Source: Pedobacter sp.
GTDB lineage: Bacteria; Bacteroidota; Bacteroidia; Sphingobacteriales; Sphingobacteriaceae
Assembly (NCBI GenBank): GCA_004210715.1
Contig: SEDB01000010.1
Location: 655 to 64,654 of the forward strand
DNA length: 64,000 nucleotides
Direction: 5' to 3'
Each line of letters starts with the position of its first letter. The stretch's first letter is position 1. Shown one piece after another: positions 8,217-18,560 of this stretch. A program made the position numbers and the translations under genes. The notes below the pieces were generated by a model. It was not told the origin of the DNA. It saw only the letters and a list, made by a program, of their open reading frames with translations, and ran no database searches.

Positions 8217-11200
8217 ATGTATATGAGAAAACTTCTATTGATGTTAATAGTATCCTATCTGTTCACTCAAGTTGCCGATGCGCAGACGAGGCAACTGAAG
8301 GGGAAAATAACGGATGAGAAAACCGGGGAATCGCTGCCCGGTGTAAATGTTAGAGCCGGTGACAATATCCGGACGGTAAGCGATCAAAATGGCAACTATC
8401 TTTTGGCGGTTCCTGCATCAAACAACAGCGCTTTGGCTATTTCTTATGTAGGTTATATTCCTCAAACGATTCAAATTGGAACGAGAACTGAGATTAACGT
8501 TCGTCTGGTTCCCTTGTCCCAAGGGTTGGAAGAGGTGGTTGTGGTCGGATACGGGGCAGTCAAAAAACAAGACCTAACCGGATCTGTGGCTCAGGTGAAT
8601 ATTACGGATATGCAGAAAGCACCTGTTAAATCATTCGATGATGCACTTGCCGGCCGGGTGGCAGGTGTGGAAGTTTCTTCTAATGAAGGACAGCCGGGTA
8701 TATCCAATAATATTGTGATTAGGGGAAACAATTCTGTTACGCAGGATAATACACCTTTGTATGTTATTGATGGATTTCCGATTGATAATCCCAATAATAA
8801 TGTGATCAATCCTGAGGAAATAGAAACCATTACGGTATTGAAAGATGCTTCATCCACTGCAATCTACGGATCGAGGGGCGCTAATGGAGTAATCGTGATT
8901 ACGACTAAACGAGGTGCTATCGGTGAGCCAGTAGTAAAATACAACGGCTATGTGGCTGTCCAAAGGGTTTCCGAAAGGGAGACAATGATGGGTCCTTATG
9001 AATTTGTTCGCTTGCAAAACGACCTTGACCCAATTACTACTGCTGCAGTTTACTTCAGCAACGGTCGGAATTTGGAATCTTATCGCAATGTTCAGGGTAT
9101 CGATTTTCAAAATGAGCTTTACAGGGATGCATTAATGCACAGCAACAATATCTCAGTCAGTGGGGGAACAGCTAAAACTCGGTATAGTGTATCAGCTTCT
9201 GCACTTGGTCAAGGTGGCGTAATTATAAATTCTGGGTTTTCCCGTTATCAAGGGAGGGTTACACTCGATCAGGAATTAAATTCCAAAGTTAAAATAGGAA
9301 TCAATGCCAACTACAGCAGTATCAACATTACCGGTACCACACCATCATCTTCTACCTCGCAGATTAACGCCAGTACCAATCTGATGTATAGTGTTTGGGG
9401 ATACAGGCCAGTCAGTGGAAGCAATGCCGATCTTTTGAATGAATTATTCGATCCAGAGATCGATGAAACAGTAAACTATCGTTTCAATCCAATATCATCA
9501 GTAAATAATGAATACCGCAAAAATGTTAATAATAGTATTATTGCCAATGCCTACGTTGACTACGCAATTACATCTAAGTTAAAATTAAGGGTGACTGGAG
9601 GGTTGAACAACAACCAGAACAGAAGCGAAAGCTTCAATAATACCCTCACCCGTTCCGGAAGTCCTTTTGGCCCCTTAGGTGCATCGGGCGTTAATGGTGG
9701 AATTGCTTATCGCCAAGTAAATAACTGGGTAAATGAAAATACATTGACCTATAATAATAACTTTAATAAAAACCACAGTTTAAATGTGCTTTTAGGTGCA
9801 ACCTTACAGGGGATTGATGCAACAGGTTATGGCTATACCGCTGTTGCAGTTCCAAATGAAAGTTTAGGTATTAACGGCTTGGATGAAGGAACGCCCAGAA
9901 CGATTACCTCGACTGCTACGGGATCAACATTGGCTTCAGGCCTGGCCCGTGTAAACTACAATTACAAATCAAGGTATTTGTTCACCGCTACAGTCAGGGC
10001 AGATGGATCGTCAAAATTCAGGGATGACAATAAATGGAGTGTATTTACTTCGGGTGCATTTGCCTGGAGGATGAGCGATGAACCGTTCATGAAAAACATT
10101 AAATTTATTAACGATGCAAAATTAAGGATCAGTTATGGTGAAACAGGAAATAATAGAATAGGAGATTTTTCTACCTACTCAACCTTCATCATAGAGCCAA
10201 TGGCAGCTTATGCATTTAACAACAGTATCGTAAAGGGAATTATCCCGATGGCCATTGGCAACCCGGGTTTAAAGTGGGAAACTACTGCTACTACAAATAT
10301 TGGTTATGATCTATCTCTATTTAAGGATAGGATTCAGTTTACTTTTGATGCCTATCGGAAAACAACTTTTGATTTGTTGTTAAATGCAAGTTTACCAACC
10401 ACAACTGGTTACGCAAATGCCTTTAAAAATATTGGCAAAGTGAGAAACCAGGGTTTAGAGTTTACGTTGAACACTGTAAACATTAAAACAAAGGATTTTA
10501 CCTGGTCATCAAATTTTAACATCAGTTTCAATGATAATAAATTGCTTGGATTGGCAGATAACCAGGAATCTTTGCAAACGCCTATTGTATGGGAGCGAAG
10601 ATATACTGGTGTTCCACTGTATGTGGCCAAATTGAACAATCCCATTGCCGCGATGTATGGTTTTGTTTTTGATGGGATTTACCAGTTCAGTGATTTTGAC
10701 CAGTTGCCGGACGGTAGGTATTCATTAAGAGCAGATGTGGTCAACAATGGAAGCGCCCGGACGGCAGTTCAACCTGGAGATATTAAATACAAGGACCTGA
10801 ACGGCGATGGTGTGGTCAATACACTGGATCAAACTCAGATTGGTAGGGCTTATCCCATTCATGTGGGCGGTTTCTCGAATAACTTCAACTACAAAAATTT
10901 CGATTTGAACGTGTTTTTGCAGTGGTCTTATGGTAATGATATTGTTAATGCAAACAGATTAGTTTTTGAAGGCAATGCAACTGGAGCTGTGGGACTGAAT
11001 CAATATGCAAGCTATGCCGACCGTTGGACGCCGAATAATCCAAGCAATACTCTTAATCGTGTGGGGGGACAGGGGCCTGCCTATTATTCATCACGGGTGA
11101 TTGAAGATGGTTCCTACCTGAGGTTAAAAACGGTATCGCTCGGATATAGTTTAGGTTCAGCTGTGTTAAAGAACATTAAAATAAGATCATTAAGAGCCTA

Positions 11201-11351
11201 TTTATCGGCGCAAAACATTTTTACCATTACGGGCTACAGCGGTCCTGATCCAGAGGTATCAGTTAAAAACTCTACGCTTACACCTGGATTTGATTATTCC
11301 GCTTACCCTCGGGCCAGAACACTAACTTTTGGTATTAATGCAACTTTTTAG
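8217..11351 (+). CDS. susC: SusC/RagA TonB-dependent transporter
   Basis: VVVVGYG, PLYVIDG, LKDASSTAIYGSRGANGVIVITTK, C-terminal F. Confidence 0.96.
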   Translation: MYMRKLLLMLIVSYLFTQVADAQTRQLKGKITDEKTGESLPGVNVRAGDNIRTVSDQNGNYLLAVPASNNSALAISYVGYIPQTIQIGTRTEINVRLVPLSQGLEEVVVVGYGAVKKQDLTGSVAQVNITDMQKAPVKSFDDALAGRVAGVEVSSNEGQPGISNNIVIRGNNSVTQDNTPLYVIDGFPIDNPNNNVINPEEIETITVLKDASSTAIYGSRGANGVIVITTKRGAIGEPVVKYNGYVAVQRVSERETMMGPYEFVRLQNDLDPITTAAVYFSNGRNLESYRNVQGIDFQNELYRDALMHSNNISVSGGTAKTRYSVSASALGQGGVIINSGFSRYQGRVTLDQELNSKVKIGINANYSSINITGTTPSSSTSQINASTNLMYSVWGYRPVSGSNADLLNELFDPEIDETVNYRFNPISSVNNEYRKNVNNSIIANAYVDYAITSKLKLRVTGGLNNNQNRSESFNNTLTRSGSPFGPLGASGVNGGIAYRQVNNWVNENTLTYNNNFNKNHSLNVLLGATLQGIDATGYGYTAVAVPNESLGINGLDEGTPRTITSTATGSTLASGLARVNYNYKSRYLFTATVRADGSSKFRDDNKWSVFTSGAFAWRMSDEPFMKNIKFINDAKLRISYGETGNNRIGDFSTYSTFIIEPMAAYAFNNSIVKGIIPMAIGNPGLKWETTATTNIGYDLSLFKDRIQFTFDAYRKTTFDLLLNASLPTTTGYANAFKNIGKVRNQGLEFTLNTVNIKTKDFTWSSNFNISFNDNKLLGLADNQESLQTPIVWERRYTGVPLYVAKLNNPIAAMYGFVFDGIYQFSDFDQLPDGRYSLRADVVNNGSARTAVQPGDIKYKDLNGDGVVNTLDQTQIGRAYPIHVGGFSNNFNYKNFDLNVFLQWSYGNDIVNANRLVFEGNATGAVGLNQYASYADRWTPNNPSNTLNRVGGQGPAYYSSRVIEDGSYLRLKTVSLGYSLGSAVLKNIKIRSLRAYLSAQNIFTITGYSGPDPEVSVKNSTLTPGFDYSAYPRARTLTFGINATF

Positions 11352-11372
11352 TTTAAATATAAAATCAGAAAG

Positions 11373-13859
11373 ATGAAAATAAAATTATCACTGCTTTTAC
11401 TTGTATTCGTATTCAGTATAAGTTCTTGCAAAAAATATTTAGAGGTGCTTCCCAAGGATTTTGTATCCCCTGAAAATTACTTTAACAATGAAACAGAACT
11501 CAACACCGCTTTAGTTGGCGTTTATGACATCATGGGAAGCTCAGCCTTATATGGAGAAATCCTCTGGTCACAATTTGAAGTGGCCACTGATGAGAGTTTC
11601 TACAGACAATCGACCACAACGTTGGGTGTGCAGGTTTACAACTATGATTCCAATAATAGCTCGGTTGCAGGGATTTGGAAAGCACTTTACGCAGGTATTG
11701 AACGGGCCAACATTTTATTGGCAAATATTGATAAACCATCAATGCCAGAAGCGAACAGAAGTGTAGTAAGAGGGGAAGCACTTTTTTTAAGGGCATATTA
11801 CTATTACTTGTTGACTTCGAACTTTGGCGATGTGCCACTGATCTTGGAACCAACAAAATCTGTTAACAATCCTGAAATAGCACGTACACCCCTCAAGGAA
11901 GTTTATGGCCAAATCCTGTCTGATATGACAACCGCTGAAGGATTGGTAAAACCGATTACAGCCTATAATTTTGCGGGTAGAGTGAGCAAAAGTGCGGTTC
12001 AGGGCATACTTGCCCGGGTTTGTTTAAAAATGGCAGGAAACCCGTTAAACGATAAAACTAAATATGCCGATGCCGCAAAATGGGCTAAAATGGTAATCAA
12101 CTCGGGACTTCATAGCCTAAATCCTTCATATGAGCAAATCTTTATTAATCACATGCAAGATAAGTACGATATAAAGGAGGGCATCTGGGAAGTGGAATTT
12201 ACGGGTAACTTATTACAATCTGGTGTAAATGAAACTGGCAGACTGGGTGTTTTGGGAGGATTAGCTGGAACAAATGATGAAATTGGAAATAGTTATGGTC
12301 AATGGAACGGAACCCGTGTATTGTACGATATTTATAAACCACAAGATCTACGTCGCGATTGGAATATTGGATCGTACTATTACAGTGGAGCTACTAAAAC
12401 CAAAGTTTTCCAGACGGTTGCAGAAGCAAAAAGCGTTGGAAAATGGCGTAGAGAATACGAGTTATTGACACCGAAAAACAGAAATTATAATGGTGCCAAT
12501 TTCCCGCTGTTGCGTTATTCCGACGTGTTGCTGATGTATGCGGAGGCACAAAATGAGATTTCAGGGCCGGATGCGGAGAGTATAAATTATGTGAATTTGG
12601 TAAGGCAACGTGGTGCAGGAAAAATTTTAAATGGGACCAATATTTACGCTGTTAATATAGTTAACGGTGGCTCGGGATATACTACAGTTCCGAACGTTAC
12701 GATTAATGGCGGTGGTTTTACCACTCAGGCTACAGCTACTGCAGCCATAGCAAATGGAAGGGTAAGTGCTATAACTATTGTTACACCCGGAGCTTTTTAC
12801 ACTTCAGTGCCAACAGTCACCATATCAGGAACTAGTGGTGCTGGTGCGACCGCAAATGTAAGCTTGTCAACTGCTACAGATGCGGATTTGATTCCTGCTG
12901 AAACAGCAAATCAAACTGCATTCAGGTCGACTATTATTGATGAAAGATCGCGTGAGCTGTGTTATGAAGGGCTTCGCCGGGGAGACTTGATCAGATGGGG
13001 GATATTCGTAGAACGTATGAAAAATTCTGCATCAGTTGCTACATTGAGATATATTGCTGCCTTTAAATATGCTTCTCGTCCTGGTGACAACATATCTGAA
13101 AAACACAATCTTTTGCCAATAATTTCTGTATATAGAGGCATTGCTGGAGAAAATTATGATTTTAAAAACAGAATCACTGCCGAGGGATTGCCTCAACTGA
13201 ATTTTACTACGCTTGTACAAAACACAGGTGAAACGAACACGCTTAGATTAATGGCGTCCACCAATTTTACAGGTAAATATGATGTCGCGGGAATTGCAGC
13301 TGCATCTTGGACGGATATTACCTCAAGAGCCACGTTATCTACAGGAACGGATAATACGGCCTCTGGAACAATTGATCTCTCTGATTTCAAGGGAGCAGGT
13401 AAACCACTTTATCTTGCATTTAAATATCAGGGATATTTCCATCCTACACTTAAACAACCATCCTGGTTCTTACGTACTTTTAATGTCAACAATGTTTTGC
13501 CGGAGGGAAGAACGTCTGTCATCACTGCTATCGGCCAGGTCGGATGGGTTGGTGTGGATGTCAAAAATCCAACAGTAGTATGGGGTGTGCCGGCCACCGG
13601 GCAAGCTACGATTAATGGAACTGGAGCAGACGCAGTAAATGAAGACAATGAAGACTGGATTATCAGCAGGCCGTTTAACCTTTCCTCAGTTTCTACAGAT
13701 ACTGGACTAGGTCTGAAAACTGCAACCACTTATTTAGCCAATTATACCTACGCTTACACTATTCCAGGCACTTATACGGTTACATTTATTGCGACAAATG
13801 CAAGTCGGGATGAGGATAGCCAAGTCATTAAACAGGTTAAGTTGACCGTTGAACCCTAA
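11373..13859 (+). CDS. susD: SusD/RagB lipoprotein with internal beta-repeat insertion, fused in frame to a DUF5017-like domain
   Basis: Lipobox SSC, GEALFLRAYYY, RYSDVLLMYAEA, ERSRELCYEG.RR.DLIRWG. About 245 additional residues follow KHNLLPI. Confidence 0.85.
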   Translation: MKIKLSLLLLVFVFSISSCKKYLEVLPKDFVSPENYFNNETELNTALVGVYDIMGSSALYGEILWSQFEVATDESFYRQSTTTLGVQVYNYDSNNSSVAGIWKALYAGIERANILLANIDKPSMPEANRSVVRGEALFLRAYYYYLLTSNFGDVPLILEPTKSVNNPEIARTPLKEVYGQILSDMTTAEGLVKPITAYNFAGRVSKSAVQGILARVCLKMAGNPLNDKTKYADAAKWAKMVINSGLHSLNPSYEQIFINHMQDKYDIKEGIWEVEFTGNLLQSGVNETGRLGVLGGLAGTNDEIGNSYGQWNGTRVLYDIYKPQDLRRDWNIGSYYYSGATKTKVFQTVAEAKSVGKWRREYELLTPKNRNYNGANFPLLRYSDVLLMYAEAQNEISGPDAESINYVNLVRQRGAGKILNGTNIYAVNIVNGGSGYTTVPNVTINGGGFTTQATATAAIANGRVSAITIVTPGAFYTSVPTVTISGTSGAGATANVSLSTATDADLIPAETANQTAFRSTIIDERSRELCYEGLRRGDLIRWGIFVERMKNSASVATLRYIAAFKYASRPGDNISEKHNLLPIISVYRGIAGENYDFKNRITAEGLPQLNFTTLVQNTGETNTLRLMASTNFTGKYDVAGIAAASWTDITSRATLSTGTDNTASGTIDLSDFKGAGKPLYLAFKYQGYFHPTLKQPSWFLRTFNVNNVLPEGRTSVITAIGQVGWVGVDVKNPTVVWGVPATGQATINGTGADAVNEDNEDWIISRPFNLSSVSTDTGLGLKTATTYLANYTYAYTIPGTYTVTFIATNASRDEDSQVIKQVKLTVEP

Positions 13860-13868
13860 TTAAGAAAC

Positions 13869-14951
13869 ATGTTAAAAAAAATCAGCATCCCAACATTATT
13901 GATCGGAATTACATTAATTTCAGCTTGTGCTGTCCGTAAAAATGATACGAGTGTTCCAGACCAGAAATCGATCAAAACTGCCATGCGAAAGGTGTTCAAC
14001 TGGCAGGTTGCCAATCCGGTTGTTGGCAATTCAAAAAATCACGACGATTGGGCACGAGGTGTGTTTTACGCCGGAATCATCCGTGCGTACGAAACCACAA
14101 AAGATAAAAAATATTTCATGGAGGCTGTTCGCTGGTCGGAGAGTTTGAATTATAAGTTAGCCGAACGATACCGACATGCGGATGATCATACACGAGGACA
14201 AACCTACCTAGGAATTTATGCCGTCACTAAAAATCCCAAAGCGATTGCGGACACCAGAAGTGTTTATGATTCCTTGATCAATAACCCAAAGCCGGGCAGA
14301 GAAGAGTGGTGGTGGTGCGATGCATTATTTATGTCGCCTCCAGTGCTTGTGAGGTTGGCTGAAGCGACTGGCAACCAGAAGTATAATAAGTTTATGAGCA
14401 AAATGTGGTGGGATACTACAGATTTTCTGTTTGATAGGGACGAAAATCTATTCTATAGGGATAAGAGTTTTTTTCAGCGGCGGTCGCCGAATGGGAAGAA
14501 AATATTCTGGTCGAGAGGCAACGGATGGGTTATGGGTGGACTGGTTCAGGTATTGGAGCATTTGCCGAAAGACGATCCAGGCTATAAAAGCTTTCAGGAT
14601 TTGTATTTGAAGATGGCAGAAAAAATTGCTTCGCTACAACAGGAAGATGGACTTTGGCGACCAAATCTTGCTGATCCGGCAGAATATACAAACAAAGAAA
14701 CAAGCGGATCTGCCTTTTATGTCTTTGCCCTAACATGGGGAATCAACCATGGGCATTTGAATAAGAACAAATACATGCCAGTTGTTTTAAAGGGCTGGAG
14801 AGGATTGAACGCTCAGGTAACACCTGAAGGAAAACTTACCTGGGTTCAGAAAATCGGATCAAAACCTGAAGCTGTAAAGGGTGATGATAACCAAGAATAT
14901 GGCTCTGGAGCATTTTTGATGGCGGGCAGCGAGCTCTTGAAACTTAAGTAA
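13869..14951 (+). CDS. GH105/GH88 unsaturated uronyl hydrolase (lipoprotein)
   Basis: HADD, WWWCDALFM.PP, FWSRGNGW, ETSGS. Confidence 0.9.
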   Translation: MLKKISIPTLLIGITLISACAVRKNDTSVPDQKSIKTAMRKVFNWQVANPVVGNSKNHDDWARGVFYAGIIRAYETTKDKKYFMEAVRWSESLNYKLAERYRHADDHTRGQTYLGIYAVTKNPKAIADTRSVYDSLINNPKPGREEWWWCDALFMSPPVLVRLAEATGNQKYNKFMSKMWWDTTDFLFDRDENLFYRDKSFFQRRSPNGKKIFWSRGNGWVMGGLVQVLEHLPKDDPGYKSFQDLYLKMAEKIASLQQEDGLWRPNLADPAEYTNKETSGSAFYVFALTWGINHGHLNKNKYMPVVLKGWRGLNAQVTPEGKLTWVQKIGSKPEAVKGDDNQEYGSGAFLMAGSELLKLK

Positions 14952-16960
14952 TGAATAAATTAAAACTTGGTTGGTTTTTGGTAGTCATGACTTTGGGCTT
15001 TCACGTGGCCCAGAGTCAGCTGCCTTATCATCAGGTAATCAATAGATATAAAAATTTTTTAATTGAATTAGATACGACATCTACTCAAAACGTTAAAAAC
15101 TGGTTAGCCACTTTAGATCAAAACGGGAAATGGCCGGATGTCGATTATGCAGATCAAAATTCTTCTGCATGGAAAACTACCGAACACCTTGATCGGATAG
15201 TAAAAATATCCATAGCCTATCAAAAAACAGGAAACCGATATTATCAAAATACTTTGGCAGGTGCGGTTATTTCCAGGGGAATAAATCATTGGTTGAATAA
15301 TTTATATCGGAATCCCAACTGGTGGTATAACGAGATTGGTATACCACAGTTTTGGAGGGATATTATCACTTTGGATGGAGATTTTTTGGAAGCAGAACTG
15401 CGTACAAAAGCGTTAAATATTTTAAGACAGTTTAAGATCAGGCCCAATTTTACCGGAGCCAATCTAACCTGGAGTGCTGATCTCTCCCTACATTACGGCT
15501 TATTTAGCCGGAATGACTCTTTGGTAAGCCAGGCCAGCAAACTGCTGGCAAAGGAAATTAAGGTCAGCAGTGGAGAGGGCATAATGCCCGATTACAGTTA
15601 TCACCAACATGGTAACAGGTTGCAGACCCACCATTATGGTGCTGCTTTTATAAAAGAAAACATCAGGCTGGCCTATGAACTTGATGGAACTCCCTGGGCA
15701 TTCCCGGCAGAAAAGGTTGTTGTAATGAAGGATTTTTTATTGGATGGCTGGCAGTGGATGGAACGTGGCATTTTTCTTACTCCAGGCAGTGTTGATCGGG
15801 CAGTAAGCCGTAAAGGGTTTCTAAAGCAGGATATTTCCAAGTTAATCCTTTATTTATCTCAATTAAATGAAGGATACAGAAGTCTGGATTTGGATGCCAT
15901 GTTTCGGGTCCAACAAGGTGGTAAGCAAAATCTGAAAGGTTTTAGATATTTTCCTTTTTCAGATTTTTCCGCCTATCAGCAGCCCGGTTTTAGTTTTTTC
16001 CTCAAGACCATTTCTACCAAAACGGAAGTAGCCGAGCGAATCAATGGCGAGAACCACAAGGGTGCGTTCCTGAATTTAGGGAATACTTATTTTATTAGAA
16101 ATGGAAAAGAATATACTGACCTGATGCCATTCTGGGACTGGAATAAGTTACCTGGTGTCACAAATTTTAAATCTGCCAATAGCATTACACAATCAAATTT
16201 TGCGGGTGGCGTGGAGGGAAAAGGAAATGGCTTTGCCGTAATGGATCTTGAATCCACAGGAGCAGATTCGAAGCTTTCCACAAGCAAATTTTGGGCAATG
16301 CATAAGGGAAGGGTATTTTGTTTAATTGGAGACATCACTTTAACAGGATCTACCGACAGCATTTTTACCACGTTAGAGCAAAGCCGAATACAACCGCCAT
16401 TGTTTTTAAATGCGGTGAATAATATCCCTTCAACTAATGTTTCAGCAAGACCATTTAATTGGATACACCACCATGGTATTACCTACGTTCCCTTGACCGG
16501 GGGGCTATTGGACTTAAGCATCGGGGGTGTAAAAGGAAGCTGGTCTGATATATCAAAATCAGGATCGAAAGATATAGGAGAAGAAAAAGTTTTTAAAGTT
16601 GTGCTCCACCATCATAACCATACATCTGCGGTTTATATGGTTGACGGTGTAACACAGCCTGATCTGGTTCAGAAGAAAATTGACCGGCCTGACTGGCAAA
16701 TTTTACAGAACACCAAACTTTGTCAGGCCATCAGTTTCAATGATGGCATTATGATGGCTTCATTCCATCAGAAGGGCACCTCAAAGTTTGCAAAAAGATT
16801 AATCAGTGTGGACAGGGCCTGCTTGGTATTGATTGATTCAGATAAAATATATGCAAGTGACCCGCTCAAAACTGGTGGAAAGCTGGAAATCCAAATTAAT
16901 GGGAAGAAATTGATGCTTGATCTTCCTGCTGATGGTACTACTATAAATCAAAATTTATGA
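14951..16960 (+). CDS. Polysaccharide lyase family 8 (chondroitin AC lyase-like)
   Basis: NWWYNEIG.P, TGANLTW, DYSYHQHG...YG, N.EN..G, WDW.KLPGVT. Confidence 0.88.
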   Translation: MNKLKLGWFLVVMTLGFHVAQSQLPYHQVINRYKNFLIELDTTSTQNVKNWLATLDQNGKWPDVDYADQNSSAWKTTEHLDRIVKISIAYQKTGNRYYQNTLAGAVISRGINHWLNNLYRNPNWWYNEIGIPQFWRDIITLDGDFLEAELRTKALNILRQFKIRPNFTGANLTWSADLSLHYGLFSRNDSLVSQASKLLAKEIKVSSGEGIMPDYSYHQHGNRLQTHHYGAAFIKENIRLAYELDGTPWAFPAEKVVVMKDFLLDGWQWMERGIFLTPGSVDRAVSRKGFLKQDISKLILYLSQLNEGYRSLDLDAMFRVQQGGKQNLKGFRYFPFSDFSAYQQPGFSFFLKTISTKTEVAERINGENHKGAFLNLGNTYFIRNGKEYTDLMPFWDWNKLPGVTNFKSANSITQSNFAGGVEGKGNGFAVMDLESTGADSKLSTSKFWAMHKGRVFCLIGDITLTGSTDSIFTTLEQSRIQPPLFLNAVNNIPSTNVSARPFNWIHHHGITYVPLTGGLLDLSIGGVKGSWSDISKSGSKDIGEEKVFKVVLHHHNHTSAVYMVDGVTQPDLVQKKIDRPDWQILQNTKLCQAISFNDGIMMASFHQKGTSKFAKRLISVDRACLVLIDSDKIYASDPLKTGGKLEIQINGKKLMLDLPADGTTINQNL

Positions 16961-17886
16961 AAAAAAGATTTGCTATAATTTTCTTGCTGTGTTTCGTGAG
17001 CGTATTTATGGGCTCGGCTCAAGAAATTATTCCACTATACAGCGGTATCATTCCCGGATCAAAAACAGACGGGAAATATGTTGAAAAGCAACACATTGGT
17101 GACGACGGGAAACGTTACATTTCTTTTGTAAGCAATCCAGGCTTAACCGTTTTTGTGCCCAAAAAAGGAACGGCGAATGGTGCGGCAGTAATCATCCTAC
17201 CGGGTGGGGGCTATCAGGTATTGGCTGTTGAACATGAAGGTGAAGAGTTAGCCAAAAGGTTTAACGAATTTGGCATTACCGCTTTCGTATTAAAATATCG
17301 CTTGCCAGATGATGCAATCATGACCGATAAAAGCATGGGTCCTCTGCAGGATGCGCAACAGGCAATGATTTTGATTCGGGGGCAGGCTGTTAGGTGGAAA
17401 CTGGATAAGGACAGGATAGGGGTGGTAGGCGCATCTGCCGGGGGACATTTAGCTGCAACCCTGGGCACTCATTTCGATCAATCATATGTACCCAACCCAT
17501 CAAAGGTAAATTTAAGGCCTGACTTCCTGGTGCTGCTTTATCCACGGATTTCTTTTGAAGTTGGTGTAGAGTCAAGTTCAGCCAAAAACCTGTTAGGACC
17601 AGAATTTAAGGCTGATAAAATGACTTTTTTCTCCGTAGATAAACAGGTTAATGCCAATACACCTAAAACCTTTCTGCTCCACGCTTCTGATGATCCTGTG
17701 GTAAAGGTTGAGCATAGCATTTTATTTTATCAGGCTTTGATCAATAAAAATATTCCTGTAGAAATGCACCTCTATCAGGGAGGTGGACATGGCTTTGGCT
17801 TAAATAATCAAACAAACAACGACGATTGGTTTCTAAGGCTAATTAGCTGGTTGCGCCTAAATCAAATCATTGCAAAGAAAAATTAA
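16957..17886 (+). CDS. Alpha/beta hydrolase, carbohydrate esterase-like
   Basis: PGGGY, G.SAGGHLA, D..V, GGHGFG; signal peptide. Confidence 0.88.
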   Translation: MKKRFAIIFLLCFVSVFMGSAQEIIPLYSGIIPGSKTDGKYVEKQHIGDDGKRYISFVSNPGLTVFVPKKGTANGAAVIILPGGGYQVLAVEHEGEELAKRFNEFGITAFVLKYRLPDDAIMTDKSMGPLQDAQQAMILIRGQAVRWKLDKDRIGVVGASAGGHLAATLGTHFDQSYVPNPSKVNLRPDFLVLLYPRISFEVGVESSSAKNLLGPEFKADKMTFFSVDKQVNANTPKTFLLHASDDPVVKVEHSILFYQALINKNIPVEMHLYQGGGHGFGLNNQTNNDDWFLRLISWLRLNQIIAKKN

Positions 17887-17913
17887 TCCAATAAGAAAAT
17901 CCTTTACTAATAC

Positions 17914-18552
17914 ATGGGCAACATTATTCTCACTTCAGACGATTTTGGGTTAAGCAAAATATATAACAGAGAAATTTTACTGGCGCTACAGTCTGATCTG
18001 CTCACATCGGTATCCATTATGGTTAATGGTCACCTTTCGAAGCAACAGCAACAGGTGATTTCGTTAAAATTGCTGGTGCAGGAAAAAAATATCAGTTTAG
18101 GTCTGCATCTTGAAATTGGAATCAATGAAAAAGATATCAGGAAGTTATGCCTCAATCAATGGAATAAATTTGTAAATATACTCGGGCTTCAGCCAGATTA
18201 TATTGATATTCACAAAGATCATTTATTTAGACACCATTATGATGATATAGCCGGATTTTGTATAGAGAAGCATGTGGCATTCAGAAAATATAAAGAAACA
18301 ACAATTAAACTGAAAGCACCAGATGACATGTTTATCGCCTCTTCTGAAAGTTTGAATAACATTGAAGAAAGATTAAAAGTAATCAAATCGAACGAGACAC
18401 TCGAAATGGTATTTCATCTTGGTATGTATGATGAAGATGTGGTTTCATCATTGAATAAAGAACGGGCAGAAGACCGTAAGAAATTGGAATGGGCACATCA
18501 GGTAATCAATAAACTTGGTCTCAAAATAATGAGTTACAATGAATTGAAATAA
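17914..18552 (+). CDS. ChbG/YdjC-family carbohydrate deacetylase
   Basis: TSDDFG, GLHL, DIHK.H, EMVFH.G. Confidence 0.8.
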   Translation: MGNIILTSDDFGLSKIYNREILLALQSDLLTSVSIMVNGHLSKQQQQVISLKLLVQEKNISLGLHLEIGINEKDIRKLCLNQWNKFVNILGLQPDYIDIHKDHLFRHHYDDIAGFCIEKHVAFRKYKETTIKLKAPDDMFIASSESLNNIEERLKVIKSNETLEMVFHLGMYDEDVVSSLNKERAEDRKKLEWAHQVINKLGLKIMSYNELK

Positions 18553-18560
18553 AAGTATTT

